A program made the position numbers and the translations under genes. Below the pieces are notes generated by a model that was given only the letters and a program-made list of their open reading frames with translations, was not told the origin of the DNA and did no database searches. DNA of 64,000 nucleotides, taken from contig CDROCS010001406.1 of the NCBI GenBank assembly GCA_977020255.1, positions 558,001-622,000 on the forward strand, in the 5' to 3' direction. Of the stretch, positions 50,555 to 64,000 are shown piece after piece (position 1 is the stretch's first letter; every line of letters starts with the position of its first letter). The stretch comes from Obrimoposthia wandeli (Eukaryota).

Positions 50555-53500
50555 TGCCTCTCGATCATCCGAAAGTTCTTGATCTCGTGATTTCCCACTA
50601 CAAACTCGATCCTGTGATAAGAAGGCAGTTATATGGTTTATGTCTTACGTTATCAGACTAGATCACGGATTTGGAACCTTAAATCAAGTATTTGTCCAGA
50701 ATTGTGGTTGATCCTTTTAAATTAAATTTATGCAGTGAATACGCCCAGACTCACCCTGTGTATAAGCAGAATTAATTAGGGGAAATCTTTAAACACTTAA
50801 TGGACCTTTACTTAATGAAGGTCTTGATCTATTTATGAGATGGTTGTATCAGTGATTAACGAAAGGGGAGGTAGGACCAACATCGTTCACTAACTCTAAG
50901 GTTAACAATAGTGGGTACTTTATTTGGTTTGTATAAATCTCAAATGAATCTACAAAATTATAAAGACAATCTATAAAACTATAGATTAAGGTGCAAGCTT
51001 TATAGAAAATGCTGTTATATTTTTATTTTCCAATTTTATTAAAGATGATAAATAAATATATCAAATATATTTCGTCTTATTTAAAGAATTAGGAAGATAA
51101 TTAATTTATTTATAGATAGTTTTATCAAAATTAGAACATCACTGTGTTATTTACATTACAGTAAAACACAACGTTATTTGTCAGCTGTATATGATGTATT
51201 TTTACTTGTCAAAATCTAATTATAGAGTCCTTGAACCTGAGGAAGTGTAAAATTTGGTAAACTCAAACTACGTGTAATTTTCTGACACATGCCTCACATA
51301 GGCACTTTTTGTATGAGATTTTACTTTGTTTCTGGAACAAAAGATTAATATTAGTTAGTAAATGTTTCATTTCCCATGCTAGCAAAGATATAGATTATGT
51401 CTAATTAGTGGTTATGGGGGTAAAACTTGAAATATGTGAGAAATTTTTATACCACCTTTTTGATATTTTATAAGTGGATATAAATTTACACATGCATATA
51501 AATATTACGTTGCTCCTACAGTTTTGAGTCTCAAGAAGTCCGGTGGAAATTTGTATTTTACAAATCGTGCAGCCTCTGGATTTGACGATTGCAATTTATC
51601 CCCTTTTTGGGACCATTCTACTACGAGCGGCTTGGCAACTTCGTATAACTTTATATTTGATTCCACATCCCTCAATGTAAATCGAGTGAATTCGATTCCA
51701 TAAATATTAGCAGAATTCGAACATAGGTAATCTAAAATAATTTCAGAAGTGTAAAATAAAATTGCTTACTTTCTGTGACACTGGTTAATTTCAAGACATC
51801 ACTTGGTTCTATGATTGATTTATTTAATAAAGATACTTCAATGTCATTTTTACATTCTTTAGTTTTCAGGTTACCTGAATGACTTTTGCATTTATTCACA
51901 TTTACACCAGATTTATTTTCGTTCGACATTTAAATGATTTACAACAGTTTAACCGTAGAAAGCCAAAATTGTTCAAACAATTTCTATAAATTTTAAATAA
52001 AATAAAATATAAAATAATCTGACGACAAAAGTTTCTTTGTAGAAGCTAAAAATCACAAATTAATCACAAATTTTAAAAATAGTAAACTATACCTTGAACT
52101 GATTTAAATAATTTAGAGACTCCATATGATTTGAAATAAATTTTTGATGTAATTTTAGTGTATTGCAATAAATTGTAAAACATTTTTATATAGTACAAAA
52201 CTATTCAGAATTTTAATTGTTTATTAAATAAGTCAAATTATATTACTCCATTATTAATTATTTAACTTATCATCTTAAATTGACTAGAACAAAAAATCAG
52301 TTTAGGCCAAAAGTAACATATTCTAAGCCATATTATTTAAGTTAATCAAAGTTATATAAAAATCACATAGAAGATTACAACGGTAAAATATAAGTAGATA
52401 CATATTATTATTCAAGTCGTAATAAACTTTTATCGTGGACAAAAAAATTCATTTATGGTGTAGAAAAAAGAAACAAAATAAAAGTTAAATATATGTATTA
52501 AGATATAATTAAATAATTATTTATATTTCACAATATGACGATTTGATTTAGATGATGTCTCAGATAAATGCGACCATAAATGAAACATAGTAATAATTTT
52601 TTATTGCTGTCACTGTTGTCTATGAATCAGAAATATAGCATAATAATAGCTCTCAGTCGAAAGCATTTATAGATTTTATGTATTTCAATGATTCAAAGAT
52701 TTCATCATCATTTCTAATAAGATTAAGCATGGCTGATAGTGAAGAAAACATTTATATAATTGAATCCGAATAGTTACATTCAAAGAAGGGATTTCAAAAA
52801 AGTATTTTCAATGACGATTTGCAAAATAAGTAATAACGACAAGAGGAGATGAAACTTCTAAATGCTTCTAAATCAACAGTAAATCGTAGCAGGATGTCAA
52901 TAAATTTGAATCACTTCCCTGCTATCTGTAAACATCTCAAAACGAAGTACATTTTAAAAATTAGAGAGAAAATGATTTTAAATGTAGTTTGTAGTAATGA
53001 GTTCTATGAGTTCTATGAGTTCTACAGAAACCTAATCATCAAAATGAGAGGGTATGGGAAAATCACTCGATGAGATTGAATGTCAGGAAAACGTCAAATT
53101 ATATGAGGAGGGAGGAGGCCGTCACAGCTATTTCAGATAAATCACCTCTCCGAGAGTAAGGAAGGAACACGCTTGGCGTTGAAGGTGTCTTCTGGTGGGA
53201 AAGAGACAGAGTGAAGGAGAGACCTAGACCTATCCATGATGCGCATGTAAGTACACTGAATGGAGGCATACGAACATCCAATTAACACACTCAGGCATGC
53301 AGCTGCATCACGTCAGAAACAAAGTCACTGTAGACTGTTCGTGTGTGTGACTCCTGGGATGTCTTGGGAAAATCTCAATCGGAGTAATAGATTCCCCTTA
53401 AACTTCTGTTCGATTGCACAGCGAATTGACTTTCAATTGTCCACTCGGTCTGCAATCGAACTTCCATAGCTCCTTTCCTATTTTGCTAATGACACTTGTT

Positions 53501-54545
53501 ATCTCTAGTTTCACGGTTATTCGATCCCCGTGAAGTTGGAGATAAGATTAATCAATCGCCTGAGAAATCAAGCAGGATGAAATGGCCTAAAGTGCTGGCC
53601 GATGCGGTTTGATTTTCTTAACCGCCTATCTTTGACTATTACAGGGGGAATTAATAAACACAACAACTATATGAAATTTTGTTCACTCTTCTTTGATATT
53701 CAACCGTAACTAATTGTGAGTATTTGTAGTGTTACTAGCAAGATTGTTTTGAAAGGGCCATTAGGTTGTCAATCACATTCAAATTCAATGAATATGAAGG
53801 CCCATCACTGAGAAAACAAATATTATGCTGATCGAAATGTGCAAGAGTTGAGTACGGTATATGGCAGTGGGCATTGTTTTTTACATAAAAATATATCGAC
53901 TTTCATAAAACTTAGCAATTCTTCATCTAAAACTCCGATATCCATACAAAAATTTAAATGAATCCAGTTTATAGTGTTTTGTTACATATCACTTAAGATA
54001 CCTTTTCTGTTTAGGTCTGACAAACTTTCGAACAGTTCAGAATTTCAAAAATGTACTCTCATGAAAGAATTTTTTTTCTCCGGTCTTGTGATGAGAAATA
54101 TTTATTTTTTATATTTTTATTTTAACTTGAATGCATCTTCTGACTTTCAAAAATATCACCTTGGAACTGCTTAAATATTTTCCACTTTTTATTCCATTAG
54201 CATTAGCAATATAAAATAACATTTTTAAGATAAAATAAAAAACGTTTTTTAATTTAACTACTTAATTTTATGTATTCAAGACAAAGATAACTTTATATTT
54301 AAACTATTGTCTATTTACGATTTTATGGACAGCTTAAAACAATCTGGCTGTCTTATATCTAAATTTGTTCAATGGAACAAAACGATAATAGAACATTGCA
54401 ACTAAAATCAATAACCATAAATAGCATTTTTTTGGAACCCATTAATTTTGACAATTAAATTCGATATTCAGTTTCCTTATATATTCTTTCTCTACTTGAT
54501 CATCAATGATCATTGAGTAGTCTTCTGATAATTCATTATTTTTAC

Positions 54546-57290
54546 TTAATCTTTATTGCAAACTTTGCAATTTTTCATTTCCATTAGCTTGTTAACTTGA
54601 AGTTCCATAATTCCTTCTTTTCGTGGAATTTTAACTGCATGTCTTCCTTTTTCTAATACCATCGCTTTTAAGCTACTCTTGTAACTCAGCTTATCCATCT
54701 TATTCATTGTATTTGCTTCACCGTAAATATTTTTAACTACAAAAATCGACATTGCTGACTATCTAATTATGTGTTACCAAAATAACTTCTGATAAAATTT
54801 GTATGATTTTTGTGTCTTTTCTAAATTTGCTATACCTACACACGTCCACCCCAATGGTGTCCTTCGTGATATCGGATCTTTAGACCCTCCCATCGTTCCT
54901 CAGTGTTTATATGCATTTCAATTAAATCTTCTCATATCAGCATTTCAACTTTCTTTTTATTATCACTTACTGAGAACTTGATATTTTGTAGATGTTTCCA
55001 TATCTTGTGATGCTGTTCCAATCAACTATTCGTAAGTCACCCATGACTTCTTTTATCGCTAACACCTATAATTTCTTTCTGAATGACTTTTCTAAATTTT
55101 GAACTAGAAATGGCACCCTCTTACACTCCAAGTTATTAATCTGTCCGCCAATGGCTCCAACTGGGGTGTTTACTTCTTCACTTTCGAATCCTAAGTAGTC
55201 GGCAGCTGCCATGTTAATAAAGCTTACAGTGCTCGCATCATCCAATAAGGCCTTGATCTTTATTTATTTCCCTCCGTTCTTTATTATTACGGGCACAGTC
55301 CTTAATATCACAATTGAATTGTCATCAACGTGGAAATTTGTCTGATCTTTGGATCCATTATTTTTTACATGCAATAGCCAATAATGTTTGGTTTTGCCTT
55401 CGTTTATCTTACATAATGATTATTTTCTGCATTTTTTTGAAACAATGCCCTGGCTTTAGGCAGTTATTACCCAGTTTTTCTGCTTAACTACTTTCCATCT
55501 TTCCTCTGTATTCATTTCTCTAAACTTAAAACATTAATCGATATAATGCTCTTCTTCACAATTGTGACATTTTTTCCATATTTCAAGCTGATGCTTATTT
55601 TGATTGTTCTGGAACTATTTTCTCTGGTGTGTTACCAAAATATGTATCTCTTCCAGTATATGTTTACCTTTTATTATTTACGTCAATTCCGACAAACTTG
55701 TCTCTTTGTTCAAGCCTTCTTTTAGTTTCCTGACATACTTCTTCAGCTTCCCTTAAATTTTCTGTCTAACATTGATTATCGAGGTAACTTTCATAAGAAT
55801 GTTTGAAACAAGTATTTATTTCCTAAATCTTGAGATTCGTTCAAACCTCTTAATTTTACTAGTGTCCTTTCTAATAATTCTGCCAACTTTTCAAATTCTA
55901 TGACTTCATCATGTCGAATTATTTTTAACTTATCAACCTCCTTCAATACGTTTCGATAATTTCTTTCATCACCTCCATATCTTTGATTTAGTCTTCCTAG
56001 TGCTTTAGCATAAGCTTTTTCTGACAATCCTAAATTTTCTACTAATTTTAATGGTTCCGATCCCAAATACTGTTGCATATGCAATAATTTGCTTGTTTTT
56101 CTACACTTTATATAGGCAATGCTAACCTTTATAATTCTGTAAATGCATTTATATTGTTTAACTGATAGCTCATGCATGCTCCTCGGTTTTCTATATCTGT
56201 TCTTAACAATTCTGTAGACAATATTACTAATTCGTTGTGCAACTTATTTATTTTCTAACTCTTTTTCTAGCTCATTTACCTTTTCTTGTCTTCTTAAATC
56301 AGAAGCTAATCTTTTATTAACTTGTTAGCTCTCCGGATATTATTGCAAAGTTCTCTTCATAATCCTCCAACTTTTGATCGGTTTCTTTACCGCTTTTCAT
56401 AGCTTGAATCACTAAATGTATTGTCCTGGTTATTTGCGCTTTCTTAAATATTTTTTCGTACAATGCCTTTATCAAACTTTCTTCATGACAGTTTAAACTT
56501 CTGTCATCATCTGAACCTCATTTTAACTTAAGTATTAGGTGTAATGTATTTCTCTTATTTATTTTGTAACTTAAATTCATTAACTAATTGCTTTCCTTCA
56601 AAGGTTAAGTTTTGTACCTTTGTAGGTAATCCTATTTTTCATTTATTATTTCTTTAATCTTTCTTATTTTTGTTTCTATTGTCTTAAAACTCTTAGGATT
56701 TCCCCTGTAAACTTTTTTATAAATAATTGAATATTTTCCAATTCAAATGGTGAGACATAATTTTTAAAACTTTTATTTAACAAAAACATCTTATCTTTTT
56801 GAGTTGCAGCCATCTGGATTATTTTTATCCTCTTTCCTTCATAACTCCACTTTGCTTCATATATATCATCCATTATTAGCAATTGTAATGGTCTTACCTT
56901 TCTTTTTTCTGCTATGATATATTTAAATTCTTTGTTTGAGATTCCTTGGTCAACTTGTTTTCTTCTGACCTTTCCTTGTTCTTCTATCGTTATTTCTACT
57001 TTCTGCTGTTCTTCTTCATCTAACTTCCAATACTTGTGTATTTTCCCTGCTTTCTTTATGATCTTAGTTTGTGTCTTTCTAAGACTTTTTTATATTTTGA
57101 TCCGGGATAGCTGATATTTCATTGCTTTTACTACCTCCTTGCTCCAGTCTGTTTTCCTATTTTTTCTAAAACTGTCTCCCTATCTTCTTCTCTAACTGAT
57201 TTATTTAGCTATGTGCTTGTCCTCTTTGCTTCCTCCACTTTATCCCTCTTCTTTTCTCTCCTAATTTTGTTCCCTACATCTTTTCCTTTG
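54546..57290 (-). mobile_element. BEL/Pao LTR retrotransposon relic (gag + protease)
   Basis: DUF1759-like KLLHMQQYLGSEPLKLVENL...AYAKALGRLNQRYG (55791-56177); Zn-knuckle CLNCLKPGHCSKKC; aspartic protease KALLDDASTVSFI (~55215-55255); many stops. Confidence 0.75.
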
Positions 57291-58590
57291 ATATCTTTAT
57301 TATTTTCATTATTACTATATTTTAATATTTTCAGCGCAATCGTATAAGCCACCTAATATTATCAGCAGGGGTCCAAGAGGAGGATTAAACTATCCGAATA
57401 CGTGGGCTAATTATTATTGGAGAAGCTGGATCAAAATCTGTATTTGACACTGAAAAAATGGCTCAATTTATCGGGTTTCACAATGTAATTTTCACATCCA
57501 TAACAGTCTCCAATTTCATGAATGAGAAATTAACAGTTTCAAATGTACCCGAGGCCCGAGATTTTCTTCAATGTTTGTACTAAGATGACAATTTATGTTT
57601 ATTTTAATATAATTTTAATAAAATAATCACCTATTCTTGTATCTTTAATGTTCAATAATCCAATTTAGTTCTAAAATGATTTAAAAATTACAGTAAAGGT
57701 ACATACTTACAAGTCAGAGGCAATAATCATATTGTTATTGGCAATTTACATTTTGATTATGTGTATTATATGTAAAAAAATATTACATAATTTTCCTGTA
57801 AATTTATATTTGTTTAAGTTAATAGTATTTGTATTGATTATATCCAAATTGAGTAATTATTTGAAAACAATATTTTAAGCGTTTTTTAAAAAGACGGTTA
57901 AGTCCTATGTTTGATTTATTTAAAAATTTTGTTGATTTATATAAAAATTTTGTTGATTTTACACAATTATTTATATTATAAAAAAATCAAAATAAAAAAG
58001 ATATTTGCATAATTTTCTAATAAATATATTTTCGTAAATAATTAACTAACATTTAAATAAATGTACCCATTTAAATGTAAAATACATTATATTTCGAATT
58101 AACGGTATTCATATTTATAAAAATAATTATTACAACAACAAAACAATTTATTTGTTTATTATGGTTTCAAATTACAATATTCAAAATATTAGGCTAAATA
58201 ATGCTTCTGGTAATTTGTTGTTTAATTTTTTTTTTTTGATTTATTAACATAAAAAGTTAAAAAATATGCAAAGTAAAAATAAACAAATTTATTAATGAAA
58301 ATAAATACACTCCATTCAATATTCAAATAAACTGTAAAATATGTTCTCTTATCAAATAAATAAATTTTATTATTTTAATTCATCTATATAAATTATTAAT
58401 CTAATGTTTATTTGAATTAAAAAACACACTGTGTATAACACAATTACATTTATATTAGTTAAATTAAACTTATACAAAGGTATCATATGTTATTATGAAA
58501 TTCATGTGATTTAAATTATATTTGTTTAAATATGCAATCTGGTCAAACTTTGTTTTTTACCATAAAGTAAGTCACTACTTTGAATTAAAA

Positions 58591-61500
58591 ATGAATGATA
58601 CCATACGAATTACCAATTCTGATGTATCTTTTGTAAAATTTCCACCCTTTGAAAAATATAACCCCAGAAATGTATGCGTATCCGAAAGTGGATTTATTGC
58701 TGTCATGTTTCCGGATAATATTTTTTTGGGAGTTATTAGCTATAAACCTTTCATAGATGCTAAACAATTCATGTTTCACACGGAAAAATTAAATCTCAAT
58801 TTTCATACAAATGTTTCGGTTGTGCCCGTGGCAGATTTTGATTTTGAAGAGGCAATTACAGGTCACAAGACCAATGGTTTGATCTGAAATTTACTTTTGA
58901 CTCATTGTAGGTTTTAGATGAAACTGTGTTGCATTTATTATTAGATGAAGAGTTTACAGTTCCAAAAGCTAGCGAAAAGTTTAATATTAAATATACTCGG
59001 ATTGAATGGAGTCCAAAACATCCTACAATGGAAAAGTGATTTTTAATTTAGTGATCCTTAATTTAAACTTTAAATAGGGAATTTTTAGCAATTATGAAAG
59101 GTGATGGACGGATTTATTTAGTTGCTTACGATGTGTATCAGATGGAATGGAGACAGGTTTGCATTGACTTTTTCTTTAATATAAATGAACTCTCTTTATA
59201 TGTAAATTAAGTAATGATGGGATAAAATTATTCGATTCTGAATAACATTTATCGCATAATTAATTTGGATAATATTGAATTTAATGGTACTAAAAATAAT
59301 AACTGTTACTAAAATTTGAACGTTTATTTATAATTTCACATATTTAAATACATTTTAATATATTCATTCTTAATACATCAAAACTAACGTATACTTTCTG
59401 ATTATAACATTGTTTGTTTTTAATATATGCAACTGGCCTTCCTTTATAAAATGTATATGGTTAATATATAAAACTGAAATAGTCAGGAAAATGTTTACTA
59501 AAATAAGTTTTAATAATGCTTTATTTTTAGCCGAAACATACATTTTTATTATTAAAAAAAAAGCAAAGTACCCACATATAAAATGCTATTATACAATAAA
59601 ATCTGTATATATTTAATTATTCGATTAAAAATCTCCAATAGAGAATAGTTAAAGTAAACAATCATGTTCTTAGTGAAATAATTGGAGTTCATGGTAGTGA
59701 TTCATAAATAATTTAATATAAGACTGTATAAATTAACTGTAATTTTCAATGACAACTTATTAACATATACAATTTTTGAAAATGACAACACGCATGATTC
59801 TTAGCTTTTATTGTATTCCCTTTAATTTTGATTGAAAAGCACCAAATTTCTTAATATGATAAAAAAACTCATAAAATACACCACATAAATTAAAAAGATT
59901 ACAAATTAATATAAATTTAAAAGAACTAAATTATTTTAAAGTTCTGCATAACTTACTATATATTAGCTCTTGAGAAACGATGATAGTAAACCAATTTTGA
60001 TGAAATGAATTGATTTTGCTTTTTTAAATGTAACTAACAATATGATAAATTTTTATAAGCAATGTAAATATCACTCGTACTATTAAAAAAGAATGATTAA
60101 AAAATAAATTAAATGTTATTAAAAGTAGATTACCGTCTTATTATAATTTCACAACTAAATGCCTAAAAGTGATTAAATATCATTAAACTTAAATTATAAT
60201 TAATTCTTCAGTATATATTAATTTTATATGTTATTTATATACTTTTTTGATTTTTCTGAGTTCTAATCAATGTATAAATATAATGAAATATGGTCAAAGC
60301 TATTATATTTTGATATCCTTTCTGACCTCCATTCGTTTCAGGAATTTGATATCACGGACCTCTACCACATCTATTACATCGTAAGTGCTCTTTGTGCTTC
60401 TTGTGATAGTTTAACTCGTCTCTGTTTTCTTACAGGAGAATATTCTCGTGTGTCCGTGTTCACAGGAGGGTAAGGCTAACTGCGCCGAAGCTGCCGAATA
60501 CATCCGCTTGAAGCTAGACCTGAAGCCCATCGATTTCAGCTGGAGTAGCACTGTGCGTGTGTGTGGCCAACGCCACTACTTCCTGATGGCCCTCGTTACG
60601 CTTTCTGGTGTTCTGACGATTTGGAGAATCGAGGCTGACAACTGCTCACTCGTCTACCGTGAATCTCTCGAAACAAAAACTGGTACTCCGCTCTTCATGA
60701 AGTTCTGTGACGTGAGCCCGCTGCGGTTTATGATTGTTATCGCCTACTCGGACGAGCGCATCATCACTAAGCCTTACAAGATCACAAACACCAGCGGCCT
60801 CAACAATGACTGTCCTGATGTCATCATTGACAAAGCCGGCAAGCAGGCTAATCTAGCCCACCAGCGCAAACACAACACCGTCAATAAACTCGCATGGTCC
60901 CAGAAGCACATGCAGCTGCTCATTGGGTATGGCTCGGAGCTGTTCTCATGTTGGTTCCAGATGGACAAAGAGAAGCAGCTCAGCCACGAATCGGCCTGGA
61001 TTGACCTGTCGTCTGACTGTGAGGTTACCGGCATTTTCGTGCACACAAACCACGCTTACATAACCACTTTTGATGGTGCTCTCTATGGCCTTAAATTGGA
61101 CTCCAACATCGACAATCTCGAACTCAATCCGATACTATTCGATCACGAAGGACTCTCCAATGGCAACAACGAGTTCTACGACGTCTTTGTCTCCCAGAAC
61201 GGAGTATTTGTGGGTCTTCTACGATGTGACACTAGCGAAATCGTTCGAACCGGCAAAGGAACGGTTCACTCGGACATCGTCATGTTCCGAGCGTTACCCG
61301 AGGCACAGATCCTCAATTTGCTCATGAATGATACACAGCCGTTCGGCACGAAGTCGGATGCTATTCAGGACATGAAGTTTGCCTACTTCAACAAAAAGAG
61401 TCTACTCAATGCATCGTGGGCGAAGTTCCTGGCCACTGAACCCAGTTGGAAGACCTCCACTCTCTATACACTGCAGCTAATTCGTTATTTTTTCGTTTTC

Positions 61501-62025
61501 TTTGGCTACAATCTGAATCGGAGTCTCGAATTTATCAGCGAAGAAACTCAGCGCAGCTTCGATCTCGTCAAGATCCGGAAATTGGAGTTCCTGATGATGC
61601 AAACGAACCTGTCTCACTGGCTGGAGCGCTTCTGTGAGTTGACGAAGGCAGAACTTGATGAGCAGGACTGTCTGCTGGTATTGAGCATTGTCTCCAAGCT
61701 GGATGTGTTGCCGCCCGATTCGTGTGAGACAATCGCTGGCACCATGAAGACAGCAACAAGTCGGGCCAAGCTTTGTCTCAACGAATTTTTCAACTACGAC
61801 CAGCAGAAAATCTCCGACTGTCTCAGTCAAATCACTGAGCTGCGCTGTCCTCGATGCACGTCACTGTGTGACTTCAATCTCTTCTGGTTGCATTGCAGCA
61901 AGGGTCACAAGCTCAAGCGCTGCATCAAGACGCTGGAGCTTTGTGCAGACAAACATCGCCAGTGTTTGAACTGTGGTGCATCGGAGCTAGCCTTTGACCT
62001 CGTCAATACAAGTGAGTCTTTTTAA
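58591..62025 (+). CDS. GTF3C4: General transcription factor IIIC 90-kDa subunit-like (TFIIIC-delta N-terminus + C-terminal Zn finger)
   Basis: Phase-consistent exons 58591-58861, 58918-59035, 59078-59156, 60342-60380, 60436-62025; IEWSP..KEFLAIMKGDGRI motif; C-terminal CPRC...HCSKGHKLKRCIKTLELC...CLNC matches the zf-TFIIIC pattern. Confidence 0.72.
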
Positions 62026-63437
62026 AACCCTTATTTGTAATTACAAATTCGCTTATGCAGTAAGTAAAACATATTTATTCGTAATGAACGAAATGAACGA
62101 AAGCGTAGAATTAAAAATAGGCTTTGCATGTTCAACGGCAGTTTTTAAAATGAAATATTTGCTTATTTGATGATGAATTTATATATGTTAAAGTTATTGT
62201 ATTTGTATAAAAATATTCCAATAAAATATAATAAATATAGTATATATTGATCATTATATTGAAAAAGTGTCATCTAAATAGAAGGATTAAATAATTGATT
62301 ATTTTAACATTCCTGGAATTTTTAAATATAAAGCTTTGTGAATTCTACTTCAATAACTTCTCTTAGTGAGTAAATTACAACGATTTTTTAAAATAGCCAT
62401 TTCAGTCGTTTATGACTAATTCCACGTTCTCGCAGACATGTCAAACTGGCGCAAGAACATTATGTTGAGTCGTTGTCCACTCTGCGACGGCCGATTTGGA
62501 GAGATAACGAGTACCTGAAAACCATTGTCTTCAGATTGAGACAGCATCGACGTTTATTCTGCATTTTGTACATAAAAATTTACTCTAAAAGTTGGTGTCT
62601 TCGAAAAGTTTTTTCATGTCATACAGTGTTTTTTAAAATTATATAGATATATCCTGTTACTTGGTATGTAGTTTCTTTAATATTCGGAAATCCTAAACTG
62701 TTAATTAGATCTGAATTTATGAAAATACTGCATCTTTGTTTTCTTAGTTTAAATTATTTTTCAATAGAAAATTTAATAATATACACTTGTAATTTTTTAG
62801 TAAATATTTCATAAACAAACTAAATAAATAAAACATTGCTCCGAAAACTTCAAAAGACCAATTGCAAAAGGCATTAGCTGCTAAAAATGGGATGATTGGA
62901 GAATCTCCCTCATAACTGGGTTACTGGAATTGGATGCTTTTATCGAGTACAAATTTAGATTTATTGAATATCCTCAAAACTTATATATACTTGATAGAAT
63001 TTCAAAGTTCATTTAACTAAGTTTGAAATTGACAATTGTATTGAGAATTAATGTCGAGTAACATGGAATATTATTAACGCTGATTTTTACCGAATTACTG
63101 TAAACACCAATACATTTTTCTAAACACTACTTGTATGATATTTATATAACAAGCCCGGTTGCCTTAATAATATCTCCTTGAAGATAAATCGCTCAAATAT
63201 CTTAATTTTGAGACTAAAGTTGTTCTTAACGGTATTTGACTTGTGTCGAAAACCTATATTATGTAATATCAAAAATTGAATGTTAGTCGTTTCAAACGAG
63301 CATGAGTTCAATAAAACACAAAATTTTAGAGTTTAAATATTAAACAAAACCTATTACTTGTTTATATCTAATTTTAGTTATTCCACTTTAATTATACAGA
63401 CATTTTTTCAATAGTTGAGAATTCAAAATCTATATAT

Positions 63438-64000
63438 CAGGCCCTGGCAAACTACGGGCCGCATGCGTCGCTACCATTTTTACTGCGTTGCTAACTAATT
63501 TAATAAGAAATATAAAAAATGGTTTTTTATTTAATCATATACTTTTTTGAAATAATTGAGGAGCTTTTAAAAATGGAATCAATGAAAGATCAAATGACCG
63601 TTGATGAGATATTTGACAAAGTTAAGGCTTTCCTAACGAAATAAAACTTACTATGGAATAAACTGATAAGTGTAACGACTGATTGAACCCCTAATTTAAC
63701 AAGTAAAAATATTGGATTGAAAAAATTTCAAGATAACATTTATGAAACTTATCCACATCACACTATAATACCAATACATTGTATAATTCACCAACAAGTA
63801 TTATGCAAATTTGTTCTACTTGTTGAGCACGTATTAAAAGCAATTGTTAAACTACATCCGAGCAAGGGACCTTAACCATAGGCAATTTATTAGTTTTCTT
63901 CAGGATCTTGAATTATAATATAACGATGTTTTGTATCACAGCCATGTGGGATGGTTAAGCTTAGGAAAAGTTCTTCGACGAGTATGAGACCTTAAAGATG
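63438..64000 (+). mobile_element. hAT (Charlie/SPIN-like) transposon relic, runs off the window
   Basis: TIR-like caggccctggcaaactacgggccgc; transposase remnants LISVTTD, IHCIIHQQVLC, VLYHSHVGWLSLGKVLRR. Confidence 0.8.

Noticed and set aside
50473-50661. ORF-track protein [12 protein letters not shown]...
   Set aside because: Wrong frame; splice phase from the exon ending at 39325 selects the SGMMNPKSK...LK* frame. The track ORF 39174-39374 is likewise a wrong-frame reading of an exon.
60774-61830. Antisense and alternative-frame ORFs
   Set aside because: They overlap the long GC-rich final exon of the GTF3C4-like gene and show no recognisable features.

Overview
AT-rich eukaryotic genomic DNA, most likely an invertebrate animal (species not identifiable here). 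Two host genes lie on +: a long multi-exon coiled-coil gene (about 103-50554, 5' end not seen) and a TFIIIC-90/GTF3C4-like gene (58591-62025). The centrepiece is a decayed but fully bounded 11.4-kb Maverick/Polinton element (21995-33416). It has AG...CT termini, about 70-bp imperfect TIRs and a perfect 6-bp TSD (CATAAC), and it sits inside a pogo-like transposase within an intron of the coiled-coil gene. It carries the usual module: pPolB, packaging ATPase, integrase, adenain-like protease, major and minor capsid, and basic core proteins. It also carries unusual cargo: a two-repeat TATA-binding-protein (TBP)-like gene whose frame is restored by a 34-nt GT-AG intron, an acidic activator-like ORF behind an E2F/GC-box promoter-like region, a pair of paralogous unknown ORFs, and an overprinted myristoylation-signal ORF. 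The introns also hold an intronless type I membrane protein ORF, an antisense BIR+RING (IAP-like) pseudogene, a 1.3-kb inverted duplication flanking four exons, and many transposon relics (hAT, pogo/Tigger, Tc1/mariner, piggyBac, BEL/Pao, tRNA-derived SINEs). All family calls come from motif recognition by eye; no database searches were run.
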